Below, piece after piece: positions 53,392 through 63,443 of a stretch of DNA of 64,000 nt (position 1 is the stretch's first letter; each line of letters starts with the position of its first letter). Under the pieces are notes generated by a model. It was not told the DNA's origin. It worked only from the letters and a program-made list of their open reading frames with translations, and did no database searches. Source of the DNA: a virus (lineage: Duplodnaviria > Caudoviricetes); the IMG/VR virus record IMGVR_UViG_3300010429_001449; one strand, 5' to 3'. The position numbers and the translations under genes are program-made.

Positions 53392-55764
53392 CTAAAGACC
53401 TCTGCAAACAGCCCAAGCGTGCATCAAATGCTCCGGGTCATCTCGCAACAGTTTATTGAACCATCGATCCGAAAACAATGCCGCAACACCCATCGAGATC
53501 ACTTCGTGAAACGGCATACTAGGATTTTCGGAATAGTAACGACCTACGTAACCGTCCGCAAAACGATCTCTGTAAGCGACCTCGCCCTCCGGATAACCTT
53601 CGAGTTGCGTCGGATTCTGTTCAGCCGTCCCCACAACGCGCTGCCACGCCCACTCATTGAGACGGGCGTGAACAGCGCTGTTGCGAAAGCCGATGTGGTG
53701 CGCAAACTCGTGCGCAACCGTCTCTTGACTGGAATCGCCAGTCAACAGGATACTGTTCGCTTCGGCACAAGCCGACGCTCGACGCGCTTCCCGCGTGAAG
53801 TTCCATTCTATAGAAGCCAGAGCGGGATCAGCCAAGAGATTCGGATTCAGAACGGACAAAACATCGTCAACACCCTCCGACCAAGGACCGGTCAAATAGT
53901 CAGGAGCGCCCGGCATCGTAAGAATGCCTTCGTTGGCGAAAGTACGTATCTGATCGCGCTTCTCGGAAGGCGTATCGGCAAGATCGCGCAATGTCTGAAG
54001 CATTAAATTCCTGCCGCCGCGATCCAGACGCTCCTTCGTAAGACCGAGCATCGCGGCGTCCCTGTTGGCGGCGTCCAGAGCGTCTTTGGATTTGGTGGCG
54101 GGGGAATAGGATAAGGTCTTCAAGTAAGCAACGACAGGCTTCTGCGCTTCCCGTAATGCCGCGCTAATGCTCTCCAAGCGATTGTTGTAATCGAACCGCG
54201 CCGCGTTCCGACGATTGAGCGCCTCTTCGTGACGAGCGCTAAGCTCTCTGAATTCGGTCGTCAAAGCAGCCTCTTGGCGCACGAGATCGGCGCGGGACGG
54301 ATCATCTGCGCCAAGACTCGACAGCCTCTCCCTCGCGTACAACAATTCGGCATTTTTGGCAAAAGTGTCGCTACCCAGTTCGGAGGCGACGTGCATTGCG
54401 GCATTCCAAGCGTCGTTCGCCGCCGGAAGCGACGCCTCAAGCTCGGCAACCGCACGCAGCTTGGAAGAAGACATGCGCGGAGGAGTCCGTCGCCAGTTTT
54501 TCACGATCTTGAGAGCGTCGGAAGAAATAAGACGCCGCGCCTCCTTGAAATCAGAAACGGAAGCAAGCAGTTGTATGTCGTTATCAGTCTTGAAGACGCG
54601 CCATTGACCGTCTTTAACAGTATACTCAGCACGATAGGAAACGATGCCTCCGCCATTCAACACGTCGCGGAAATAAACGCTCATATCACCGTCAGAATAG
54701 GCGTTTACGCCGCCACGATCAATCATCAATTGCCAATCGGGCTTCTTCTCCCCCTGAGAATAGGAACGAGAAGCGGCTACCGCCGCATCCTGCGCGGAGT
54801 ATTCGTCGTCAAACGACTCGCCGGTCTCGGCGTCAAAGTAAGCCTCGAAGTGCCCGAACGGATTTTTGAAGATATAACTCTTGCGGGCCGTAACAACATA
54901 CTTGTCCGAAATCGAGTGAATGCCAAAACTTACATCCGGCTTGGACAAACGGTCTTCCCGCTCGGAACTGACTACCTCATCCGCATCCCAGATGCGCCCG
55001 TATTGAAGCAAGTTCGCCCTCGCCACATCGCGGTCGAGCTTGCGCGAATCCTCCACCACCTCCTCTTCCTCTTCCTCAACATCTGCCTCCGGCAACTGCT
55101 CGGTCGAAGAAACCTCTTCGGCGGCGGATACGTCTATCTCTGGAGCAGAAAGAAGATCGTCGCGCCCAGCCAAGGAGAGCCACCGCTCGTAGTCCTTTAT
55201 CTGGTCGTCCGTGTAACCTAACAGACGAGAAAACTGGGGCGTGCCATATGCACCGCCACGCTCCAAGTAACGAACAAGAGGCGCAGCATCCTCCTCGTTT
55301 TGCGCAAAAATGCCTACGCCGCGCACGTTGGTCACGTACAGACCCGCCGCCTGCGCCGCTGTGTAATCCGCGCCCCCGCTCGATTCCACGCCAACCTTGA
55401 ACTTGCCGTCAATAATGTCCTGCAATCGGTGAATATTGTCGTCAAGCTTGCGGTGAAGCTCGGCCTTCTCGCGCTGACGCTCCTCCTCAGACATGTCCGA
55501 AACAGCCTCGCGCTCTTCCTCCCTGCGCTTTGCGCGTGCGCGTTCGTCAAAACGACGCTGACGCTCACGGTTCTGAGCGGACTCTTTGTCCTGCTTAGGA
55601 TCAACGTGGCCGCCAATGTCGGTCGTCTCCCCCTCCTCGTCCCGACACCACGTTCCGGGGCCGCCGCCCTTCCCGTGGCCACAGTTCCTATCCGACGATT
55701 CCGATTCGGACTCGGAATCGCTCTCCTTCTTGGAGAGAGCTATAGCCAGCCAGTCGTAAGGCAC
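53392..55764 (-). CDS. YDW-leader protein with C-terminal zincin-like HExxH domain
   Basis: TVAHEFAHH...YVGRYY...EVISMG. Confidence 0.75.
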   Translation of the reverse strand: MPYDWLAIALSKKESDSESESESSDRNCGHGKGGGPGTWCRDEEGETTDIGGHVDPKQDKESAQNRERQRRFDERARAKRREEEREAVSDMSEEERQREKAELHRKLDDNIHRLQDIIDGKFKVGVESSGGADYTAAQAAGLYVTNVRGVGIFAQNEEDAAPLVRYLERGGAYGTPQFSRLLGYTDDQIKDYERWLSLAGRDDLLSAPEIDVSAAEEVSSTEQLPEADVEEEEEEVVEDSRKLDRDVARANLLQYGRIWDADEVVSSEREDRLSKPDVSFGIHSISDKYVVTARKSYIFKNPFGHFEAYFDAETGESFDDEYSAQDAAVAASRSYSQGEKKPDWQLMIDRGGVNAYSDGDMSVYFRDVLNGGGIVSYRAEYTVKDGQWRVFKTDNDIQLLASVSDFKEARRLISSDALKIVKNWRRTPPRMSSSKLRAVAELEASLPAANDAWNAAMHVASELGSDTFAKNAELLYARERLSSLGADDPSRADLVRQEAALTTEFRELSARHEEALNRRNAARFDYNNRLESISAALREAQKPVVAYLKTLSYSPATKSKDALDAANRDAAMLGLTKERLDRGGRNLMLQTLRDLADTPSEKRDQIRTFANEGILTMPGAPDYLTGPWSEGVDDVLSVLNPNLLADPALASIEWNFTREARRASACAEANSILLTGDSSQETVAHEFAHHIGFRNSAVHARLNEWAWQRVVGTAEQNPTQLEGYPEGEVAYRDRFADGYVGRYYSENPSMPFHEVISMGVAALFSDRWFNKLLRDDPEHLMHAWAVCRGL

Positions 55765-55980
55765 GCCTATGCTCCAAAACCAACCTTCACTTTGCCGCCG
55801 CCGTCAACCTTGTCGCTAGAACGCACTTTGATCTTCCGAGCCTTCGGCGCAACAGGAACCAACGGCGCGTCGGACGGACAAGCCAGCAGACATAAAACCA
55901 TTACCTTGGGACGTAGAGCGAGCGTCGTCTTGTCCATGCCTTGTAAAATACCCGATGAGTAACAACGATACAAGCGGCAA

Positions 55981-57138
55981 CTACCGCCGCTGCCTACGCG
56001 CCGCGATGATATTAATCTGATTGCGAAGACCAGGCAATAAACTCTCCGCATGACGAAACAACGTGTCCTCTTTGGAGCCGCGAGGCGCACGCCGTTTCAG
56101 CGCTTCCATCGATGCAATAAGACTGTCCGCGTCCTCGGAAGACACATCATCCCATACATAAGGATCGCTCAACTGCCGCACCTTGTAATTAACATCCGCC
56201 ATAGAGTCCTGCCCGCGCAGCCGTTCCAGCGTGTAATAACCTCTGGCCCGAAGCGACTCTGCGCCGCTTCCCGGTGTCGCCCACGGAGCAAGCTCTTCAA
56301 GCGATTGCTCCAACTTGCTGCTCTCAGCCTCCGCAAGAATATCCGGCAACGGATCGAGTTCCGAAAGCAGGCCGGACAGATGCGACAACACGCCATCGAC
56401 GCGAGTCATCGTCTCTTCTCGACGACGCTCATCCTCCGGCAACGCCTCAAGATAAGCTCTCCTCTCAGCGGCGCGTCTCTCGACCCTGGCAGCAGCCTCC
56501 TGTCTCAGGGCGCTCGCCCTCTCGGTGCGTTCGCGCTCCGCACGACGATCAGATTCAAGCTTCGCTTCTCTCGCGGCAGCCCGTTTTTTCGCGCCCGCCA
56601 ACTCGGAGAGAACATTCTCGCCACGCCTCACCCAGTCAGACTCGACACTTCCGGATTCAACATGAGGCTTAAGCGTGTTAATGGCGGCCCTCAAAACAGG
56701 CTCCCAATCGTCTGAAAGCACGTCGCCATGCTCGTAAGACTGCGTGTAAGCCTGCACATCCGACAAGGCGTCGTTCCACGCTTCGGCATCCGGCGGACTC
56801 GGCGGCTCTTCAACTTCCGGAGCAGCCTCCGGCGCGGCTTCCGGAGCAGCCTCCGGCGCGGCTTCCGACTCAAGCTCCTCCAACTGCTGCCGCGCCGACT
56901 GAGCAATATCCGGATCGTCAGAATTGACCAACGATGACAAGTGCTTCCTTCGATCCGATTCAGTTATCCCTTCGCGCCACTCCAAGCCGTGCTGCCCTAT
57001 CCTGAAATCGTAATCGTCGCTGCGGGCAAAAGTCCCGTCCGCATAACGATACGGATTCGCCTTCTCAGTAACTTCCGTAGCCTCGGAATCATCATCCAAC
57101 TGAGACCGCAAACCCTTTAACACCCAGTCGTAAGGCAT
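55981..57138 (-). CDS. YDW-leader helical protein
   Basis: MPYDWVLKGL...EKANPYRYADGTFA, (AAPE)n linker. Confidence 0.75.
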   Translation of the reverse strand: MPYDWVLKGLRSQLDDDSEATEVTEKANPYRYADGTFARSDDYDFRIGQHGLEWREGITESDRRKHLSSLVNSDDPDIAQSARQQLEELESEAAPEAAPEAAPEAAPEVEEPPSPPDAEAWNDALSDVQAYTQSYEHGDVLSDDWEPVLRAAINTLKPHVESGSVESDWVRRGENVLSELAGAKKRAAAREAKLESDRRAERERTERASALRQEAAARVERRAAERRAYLEALPEDERRREETMTRVDGVLSHLSGLLSELDPLPDILAEAESSKLEQSLEELAPWATPGSGAESLRARGYYTLERLRGQDSMADVNYKVRQLSDPYVWDDVSSEDADSLIASMEALKRRAPRGSKEDTLFRHAESLLPGLRNQINIIAARRQRR

Positions 57139-57243
57139 TCTCGTCCTCTCCGCAAGAATCAACCGACCACGATTCAGCCATACCAACCAATGTAACCGAC
57201 CACACCCACCAACGCAAGCAACAACCTTTTCGCGGAATTTGCC

Positions 57244-57271
57244 TTGACAATGCGGAGAAGTCTGTTATACT
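57244..57271 (+). promoter_or_regulatory. sigma70-type promoter at the strand switch
   Basis: TTGACA-16bp-TATACT. Confidence 0.85.
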
Positions 57272-57295
57272 AGGAGCAGCAGAAAGGAGATAGAG

Positions 57296-57613
57296 ATGAA
57301 AAAGGAAGAACTGACGCACGGATGCCGAGTGGTACATAACAATACCATACCGCACCAGACAGGAAGATTCGTGGGCATGGACCCGAACGACCCGGAGGCG
57401 GGGGTGTTTGTAGGTGACGGGGGCACTTTTTACGTGTGGTACCCGGCATCTGTGTCACTCGTCACGCCCGCCGAGCCTGACGCGCCACAGCCACTCTCAG
57501 CGGAAGACAGGCTGTTTCGTCTGGAAGTGACTGTCTCGCAACTGGTAGAGAAGATCGAGAGGCTGAACGAGCGCGTGGAAGACATTGCGACAAATGACGC
57601 CACGTACACATAA
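57296..57613 (+). CDS. hypothetical protein (paralog A1)
   Basis: MKKEELTHGC...RFVGMD...AGVF. Confidence 0.75.
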   Translation: MKKEELTHGCRVVHNNTIPHQTGRFVGMDPNDPEAGVFVGDGGTFYVWYPASVSLVTPAEPDAPQPLSAEDRLFRLEVTVSQLVEKIERLNERVEDIATNDATYT

Positions 57614-57626
57614 GCAAGGAGACGAA

Positions 57627-58076
57627 ATGAAGAGGGAAGAACTAAAACACGGATGCCTCGTGGCAGTGCACGGATTGAATCTGAAAGTAAGATTCGTCGG
57701 CATGGACGTGCGAACGCCTAACGCAGGCGTCTTCGAGGAGGATAACGGCCATCTCCATACGTGGTTCCTAGACGACGTAACCGCCGTCGAAGAAAACCAG
57801 GCCGCGCCAACACAAGAAGAACGCATCTCAATGTTGGAGAAACAACTCCAAGACGCTACGACGAAGTACGACGAGGCGCGGCAAGCGATGCGCCAAGCGT
57901 ACGGAAAAGCACGTGAGGCTCTGGAGACACTCATAACGGCGCGGGATGGCCCTATGAGTAAGGCTGGCGCGGAGATACAACAGGCAATCGGACTGCTCGC
58001 CAACGAAGTGTCACCGCCGCTGGCGTTTCCACATGTCAACCCGCAACGGTATTCCGACAAAGAGAAACCATCATGA
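57627..58076 (+). CDS. hypothetical protein (paralog A2)
   Basis: MKREELKHGC...RFVGMD...AGVF. Confidence 0.75.
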   Translation: MKREELKHGCLVAVHGLNLKVRFVGMDVRTPNAGVFEEDNGHLHTWFLDDVTAVEENQAAPTQEERISMLEKQLQDATTKYDEARQAMRQAYGKAREALETLITARDGPMSKAGAEIQQAIGLLANEVSPPLAFPHVNPQRYSDKEKPS

Positions 58077-58276
58077 GCGTCAAGCAGATGGACGAACATA
58101 TGGACGAATACATATGCGATGTGATTGGCTGCGGCCAACGGAAGTGCGCCGCGCCTGAGCCGGACGGCTGGCGCGTTATCCGCGTGACGGATAAAGAAGT
58201 CCTTGCGCTCTGCCCAAAACACAGCCAAGCCGTGGCTGACTACTTCGTGAGGAAGTTAGCGGCCCTGCTCGTCTGA
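58073..58276 (+). CDS. small Zn-binding protein
   Basis: CDxxGC...LCPKH. Confidence 0.6.
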   Translation: MSVKQMDEHMDEYICDVIGCGQRKCAAPEPDGWRVIRVTDKEVLALCPKHSQAVADYFVRKLAALLV

Positions 58277-58297
58277 GCAAAACGGTGCGGAGAGCAA

Positions 58298-58501
58298 ATG
58301 AAGACTAATAAGAAGAAGGCTGAAGAGCTTGGCTTAGAGAAAATGAAAACATGCTTGGGGTGCGATCATTGCAGATATAAGCAGGGCGACCGCTGGTGCG
58401 ATCTTGGTGTTTGGGAGTCGGAATTCGACGACTTGACTTGGGAGACCTACCACTTTCTGGAAAATTTTGGATGTACCAAGTGGGAGAAACAAAAGCTATG
58501 A
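58298..58501 (+). CDS. small Cys-rich protein (paralog B1)
   Basis: KTCLGC...CDLGVWE...GCTKW. Confidence 0.7.
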   Translation: MKTNKKKAEELGLEKMKTCLGCDHCRYKQGDRWCDLGVWESEFDDLTWETYHFLENFGCTKWEKQKL

Positions 58502-58734
58502 AGATTAACAAGAAGAGGGCAAAAGAGTTTAGTTTCTCAGAGGTGAAGACGTGCCTCGACTGTCTTCACTATGAAAGTGATGGTTGGGGCCACGACCGAT
58601 GCAGATTGGGCGTTTGGGAACTAGAAAACGACGAGACAGAGACATGGAGTTCTCACGCTGTTAGTGTGTTTGTAGAGTCACGGGGATGCAAGAGATGGCG
58701 GCAGGAAACCGGCCCCCGTGCGGAGAGCAAATGA
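58498..58734 (+). CDS. small Cys-rich protein (paralog B2)
   Basis: KTCLDC...CRLGVWE...GCKRW. Confidence 0.7.
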   Translation: MKINKKRAKEFSFSEVKTCLDCLHYESDGWGHDRCRLGVWELENDETETWSSHAVSVFVESRGCKRWRQETGPRAESK

Positions 58735-59105
58735 TGAAAATAGGAGATAGAGTCATTTTCCTTACACTGCCTGAAGGCGGCCCGGACTACCACATCGTCA
58801 TCGAAGGGACAATCACCAGCATCGACGACGACGGCAGAGAGTTTCCGGTCACGGTCGTGACGAAGAAAGGGCGGGAACTGATATTCACGGAAGACGAACT
58901 GCTTCCCTACGACAGAAAGACCTTCTCCAAACTGAAAGCCTTATCCGACGCGAGACGCGCCAGCCGCATTGCATACTACAAGTGGTCACGTGCTCTCGGC
59001 AAAGCCATCAATGCGGAGTTCGAGAAGAAAAAGAGTGCGCCGGTCGTTTCCCAAGGCGCGGCTGAGACAAAACCCACACGACGCAAGAAAGGATCAAGAC
59101 GATGA
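58731..59105 (+). CDS. hypothetical SH3-like protein
   Basis: MKIGDRV...GTI...FTEDEL. Confidence 0.6.
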   Translation: MMKIGDRVIFLTLPEGGPDYHIVIEGTITSIDDDGREFPVTVVTKKGRELIFTEDELLPYDRKTFSKLKALSDARRASRIAYYKWSRALGKAINAEFEKKKSAPVVSQGAAETKPTRRKKGSRR

Positions 59106-59350
59106 CAAGTGCTGTGTACGTCAGGAGAAGCCTAGAAGAGTTGCTGCAAATTCTGGAGCAAAACAGCGGTGACCGCCATGTCACGCTTTTCAAATTCTCG
59201 ACGGGCTGGAAAGCCGTGACGGGAACTCCGGACTTCGGATTTGAGGATACACGCGACAGAATATTCGCGCTGCCCACCTTCGAGACGCCAAAAGACGCGG
59301 TCATCGCGGCAATCGCCCGAACCGAGGGCCAGAAAGAGCCGGAGTTCTAA
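59102..59350 (+). CDS. hypothetical protein
   Basis: Coupled ORF. Confidence 0.65.
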   Translation: MTSAVYVRRSLEELLQILEQNSGDRHVTLFKFSTGWKAVTGTPDFGFEDTRDRIFALPTFETPKDAVIAAIARTEGQKEPEF

Positions 59351-59359
59351 GGAAACCAC

Positions 59360-59812
59360 GTGGCTAAAGTGAAGCTCAAAATCCCACCCAAGCGGGGCAC
59401 AGTCTACGTCGTAACCAGCGGAAGCTACTCCGATTACCGCATAGAAGCGGTATTCTTCGAGAAGGACGTTGCCGAAGCCTACGCAGAGAAGAACAACGGA
59501 GGAAGTAGCTACGACGAATGCCGCGTGGAAGAATGGCCGGTCGGAAACGAACCCGACTATCGCGGCGACCGAAGAAAAGTCTTCTGCGTCTGGATGGACC
59601 GGGAAGGAAATACCCGCAGAGTCTTGACCCCCGCTGAGCACCTGGCGGCGGCAGAACAGTCAGAAAACAATGACCGCTGCTCAGAACCGTTCGAGTTGGA
59701 ACAGCTAGATTTCTACATGCTCGCCAACGACGAAGAACACGCCGTCAAAATCGCCAACGAACGGCGCATACGCCTGATCGAAAAAGGCGTCTGGTTGCCG
59801 AGCAAGAAGTAA
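59360..59812 (+). CDS. hypothetical phage protein
   Basis: VYVVTSGSYSDYRIEAVF motif. Confidence 0.7.
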   Translation: MAKVKLKIPPKRGTVYVVTSGSYSDYRIEAVFFEKDVAEAYAEKNNGGSSYDECRVEEWPVGNEPDYRGDRRKVFCVWMDREGNTRRVLTPAEHLAAAEQSENNDRCSEPFELEQLDFYMLANDEEHAVKIANERRIRLIEKGVWLPSKK

Positions 59813-59824
59813 AAGGAGAAAGAC

Positions 59825-60184
59825 ATGACTTTCCGAGGCGTTCTTTTCTACTACTACTCGTTGGTATTCCATTATCACGACCTGCAGATCAGCTTCCCAT
59901 CCGACAAGGACGGCAACGTTCCGCTTGAAGAACTGGCAGAACCCACCCGCATTTTGTACAAGCACATGCTGGAATGCCAAAAGAAAGACCCGACAATCAA
60001 AAGTTTCGTCGCCGGATGCGGTGGCAAGACAAAATACGGATTCTCCGTCCATCCCGTGCTGTCACAGCAGGCGTTTGAAGAATCCATCATGGACAGCATG
60101 GTTCCGAAAATCGAAGCCGATCTGAAAGCGATGGCTGCGACCAAGCCGAAACGCCGGAGAAACAAAAGGAAACCGCGTGGCTAA
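59825..60184 (+). CDS. hypothetical protein
   Basis: AAGGAG RBS. Confidence 0.6.
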   Translation: MTFRGVLFYYYSLVFHYHDLQISFPSDKDGNVPLEELAEPTRILYKHMLECQKKDPTIKSFVAGCGGKTKYGFSVHPVLSQQAFEESIMDSMVPKIEADLKAMAATKPKRRRNKRKPRG

Positions 60185-60542
60185 AGCGAAACTCAAACGA
60201 ACCGGAAAATGCTGGCGCTGCGGCCAGTGCTGCACACGACTTACGCTGCACGACTATCGAGGCGACGCCAGCCCCAAAAAGTGGGAACAACACCTGCGAT
60301 TCATTGCGAGCTTCGAGGGAGTAAGCGTCCACAAACTGGATGATGTATGGGCGGCAATCCGGTTTGAGGGGCTGATGTGCAGATACCTGGCGTACTCGAA
60401 AACGGGCTTGGCCAGTTGCCGCCTGCACAAAAAGAACAAACCCACTATCTGCCGCAACTACCCCGGAACAAACAGCGGCGAAGGGTCTTGTCACGGCGGC
60501 GGCATCCGTGTAACAAGGAAACGCAAGAAAGGACAAGCATGA
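60177..60542 (+). CDS. YkgJ-family CxxCxxCC protein
   Basis: CWRCGQCC...CRYL...CRLH...PTICRNYP. Confidence 0.8.
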   Translation: MAKAKLKRTGKCWRCGQCCTRLTLHDYRGDASPKKWEQHLRFIASFEGVSVHKLDDVWAAIRFEGLMCRYLAYSKTGLASCRLHKKNKPTICRNYPGTNSGEGSCHGGGIRVTRKRKKGQA

Positions 60543-60781
60543 AACGCAACGTCTATGACTGCGACAGGTGCAAAGCAAAAGATATCGAGCCAGTGTCCTT
60601 CGCCCTCGGCATCGGCAAACAGGAAAATCCCGCCGAAGGCACGACGGAAACGGAGTACAGAGAGTTTCACCTCTGCCGCTCCTGCGCGGCAGTGCTGATC
60701 GCCCGCCTCGCGGACAGACTCTTCAAAACTCCCGAACAGTGCCGAAAGTGGCTGCACCTCTACGAAGTCATCGAGGAGTAA
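60539..60781 (+). CDS. small Zn-binding protein
   Basis: CDRC...LCRSC. Confidence 0.6.
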   Translation: MKRNVYDCDRCKAKDIEPVSFALGIGKQENPAEGTTETEYREFHLCRSCAAVLIARLADRLFKTPEQCRKWLHLYEVIEE

Positions 60782-61122
60782 TGATGAAACAGATCAAAAC
60801 ATTCCTGATGGGCGCGATTGTCGTAACAGCCGCGTGCGCCGTGGGTCCAGCCCTGTGCTGGGCAGCCTCGCAGCGATACTACGTCGCGCTCGCGTGCCTT
60901 ATCCTGCCTTGCCTAGGCATCCTAAGCTGGATTATGGGCAACGCCATACAGACACTGCTGGAAAACCCGCCGACGGAAAAATGCCCCATCTGCGATAGCC
61001 CGGCACTGTACGAAGAAGAAACAACAACACAACCCCCGCAAGACGCGGGAGGCGGCTGCGCCGACTGCGGACTGCGCAGACTGCCCGGCCAAACCTGGAA
61101 ACAGGCCGCCAAAAAAGGATGA
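60781..61122 (+). CDS. membrane protein with Zn ribbon
   Basis: Two TM segments then CPIC...CADC. Confidence 0.6.
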   Translation: MMKQIKTFLMGAIVVTAACAVGPALCWAASQRYYVALACLILPCLGILSWIMGNAIQTLLENPPTEKCPICDSPALYEEETTTQPPQDAGGGCADCGLRRLPGQTWKQAAKKG

Positions 61123-61134
61123 CGCAGCCGCAAT

Positions 61135-62073
61135 ATGGCTTACCTTGAGGAGAATCTGGTTTACCACGGTCGCTCCGAAGAACGTATGAGCGAAATCGCA
61201 CCCTCATCCATCGCCCTCAGCGTATGGTCCCCACCCTATTTTGTCGGAAAGGAATACGAGAAAGGAGAAACGTACGAGTCTTGGCAACACATGCTGCGCA
61301 CGATTATTGAAAACCATTTCCGAGTTCTCAAACCGGGCGCATTCATGGTGGTGAACAGCGCGGACATACTGTGCTTCAAGGACGATAAAATTCCTCGCTT
61401 TCAGGCCGCGAACGCGGCAAATCACCGCAGCCCCGTGACTCGAATGATGGTAGTTGAGGCGAAAAAGACGCATCCGAGTTTCAACCGTCACGAACTTGCG
61501 GCCCTTCTGGGCTGTAGCGAACAGACTATAGACCGCAGGTTAAACGGCAATAACATTCGGGGAGGAAAGTACGAGCCGCAAACTCGGGTAAAGCTCGTCG
61601 GCGCTGCCTTGGAAGAATACGCGTACAATGCGGGACTCTACCTGTACGACCATAGAATATGGGCGAAAGACCCGTCTTGGGCCAACAGCAAATGGACAAC
61701 AAGCACACTCAAGGCAGTCAGCGAATTCGAGGATATCTACGTCTTTTGGAAACCCGGCGAGTATGTTGTGAATAGGCAAAGACTTGCGCCAGACGACTGG
61801 CGCGAATGGGGATATCGCGGGGTCTGGCGCATCAAAAGCGTTAGAAAAAACGATGACCACGAAGCAAAATTCCCCGTCGAACTCGCGTCACGAATAATAA
61901 AACTGTACAGCGATCAAGGGGATACGGTGCTAGACCCCTTCATGGGAAGCGGAACAACCGGCGTCGCAGCCGTCCTATCCGGAAGAAAGTTCATAGGCAT
62001 CGAGAAAGAGAAAATATACGTCGATCTGGCTAACCAGACAATCAGGCGTCTCTTAGAACAAAAAGCGCAATGA
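61135..62073 (+). CDS. DNA N4C methyltransferase (beta order)
   Basis: WSPPY, RVLKPG, HEAKFP, VLDPFMGSGTT. Confidence 0.9.
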   Translation: MAYLEENLVYHGRSEERMSEIAPSSIALSVWSPPYFVGKEYEKGETYESWQHMLRTIIENHFRVLKPGAFMVVNSADILCFKDDKIPRFQAANAANHRSPVTRMMVVEAKKTHPSFNRHELAALLGCSEQTIDRRLNGNNIRGGKYEPQTRVKLVGAALEEYAYNAGLYLYDHRIWAKDPSWANSKWTTSTLKAVSEFEDIYVFWKPGEYVVNRQRLAPDDWREWGYRGVWRIKSVRKNDDHEAKFPVELASRIIKLYSDQGDTVLDPFMGSGTTGVAAVLSGRKFIGIEKEKIYVDLANQTIRRLLEQKAQ

Positions 62074-62273
62074 CGTATCCCATATACAAACACGAACGGC
62101 GTGGGTCTGCACTCGAAAAGGCCGTACCGCTGGGGACGAGAAACCGATTAGACAGACAGGAAAGGGACGCCGCTATGGTATGGGCGACCCCCCACACACC
62201 GGAAAAAGACGGATAACCCCGCTCGCACTACGCAACCCCACGCCCTCGTAACGCTACGACGCAAACCCCCGCA

Positions 62274-62374
62274 GGCAAACCCCTTTACGCAAAAACGCCA
62301 CCCGGCAAAACCCCTTATGCGAAAAAGCTCCACGGACAAAAACCCTTAAGACAAAAAATTTCTCCGGCAAAAAT
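62274..62374 (+). repeat. degenerate ~30-bp tandem repeat with A-tracts
   Basis: GG(A)CAAA..CCCTT...AAAAA units starting 62274, 62304, 62334, 62366. Confidence 0.6.
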
Positions 62375-63154
62375 GGGGAGGTACAGCCTCCTTCTGTGAT
62401 GATCGCCTCGTAATTCTGCGCGGCAAAAAATTTTAGGGCGATTGATAATCGTCTGGGGGCGGGGACTGCCATAATGACAGCCTCCCAGCGGGGGTCTTGC
62501 GGGCAGCCGATTGATAATCGTCTCCCCCCTACGGGGGGACGGCGTCGTGCGGGGGGACCGTCTAGGGGGGACGGCGTCATGCGGGGACGGGGACAGGGGG
62601 GACAGGGGGGACGGCGTCGGCGGGGGACAGGGGGGACGCCGGACAGGGGGGCGGATTGCGGGGGGACGGATTGCGGGGGACCGTCTAGGGGGACGGCGGG
62701 GACGGATTGCGGGGGACGGCGGGGACGTCGACGTCGGCGTCGACGGGGGACGGCATAGGTGATAGTGCAGGGGGACGCCGGACGGGGACGGGGGAACAAT
62801 CCGGACGGCGGGGGACGCGGGGGACGGGGGACGCCGGATTGTTGCTCCGGCGGGGACGGGGGACGGCGGGGACAGGGTCGGCGGGACGCCGGTCGGCGGG
62901 ACGCCGGACGGGGACGGTTCATAGGTGATAGTGTCGGCGGGGACGGGGACGGCGGGGACGGATTCTAAGCGGGGGACGGGGGATTATATCGGGGGACGGG
63001 GATTGTTTCGACGGCGGGGATTCTAGGGGGATTCTAGGGGACGGGGGACGGCGGGGGACGCGGGGGGACGGGGACGCCGAATAGGTGATAGTGCGGGGGA
63101 CCGTTAAAAGCAAATCCCCCGGGCGGGGGGACCGGGGGATTGTTGCGGGGGATA

Positions 63155-63391
63155 CTAGCGCTGTATCCGGCGGAAAGTCTCGTCAAACACTTGAGACATG
63201 GTTAGCTCAAAATCGTTCATGACCACAGACATGACCGCGTCACAGCGAGCGCAAACTGTAACCCGGGGGACGATTCTAACACCGCGACGCCGATAAGCGC
63301 TGTCAGGATCGCGTACTTCAAAGCCGCTTCCGGCGGCCACAGCGCAACCGCAAATCCGGCAAACATCATTCTTTTCGTTCGTTTTCGACAT
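63155..63391 (-). CDS. small Zn-finger protein embedded in the repeat region
   Basis: MSKTNEKNDVCRICG...CARC; GAGGAG RBS; own promoter. Confidence 0.7.
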   Translation of the reverse strand: MSKTNEKNDVCRICGCAVAAGSGFEVRDPDSAYRRRGVRIVPRVTVCARCDAVMSVVMNDFELTMSQVFDETFRRIQR

Positions 63392-63443
63392 TTTGTTTTC
63401 TCCTCTCAAAACCGTTTTGTTTTGTCCATACGTCACTGTATAG

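Noticed and set aside
56815-56867. 24-bp tandem duplication
   Set aside because: In-frame (AAPE)n linker within a coding region; ordinary
62359-62374. Target of the TnpB guide (TTTCTCCGG match)
   Set aside because: Only a short partial match that excludes the seed-proximal bases; chance level
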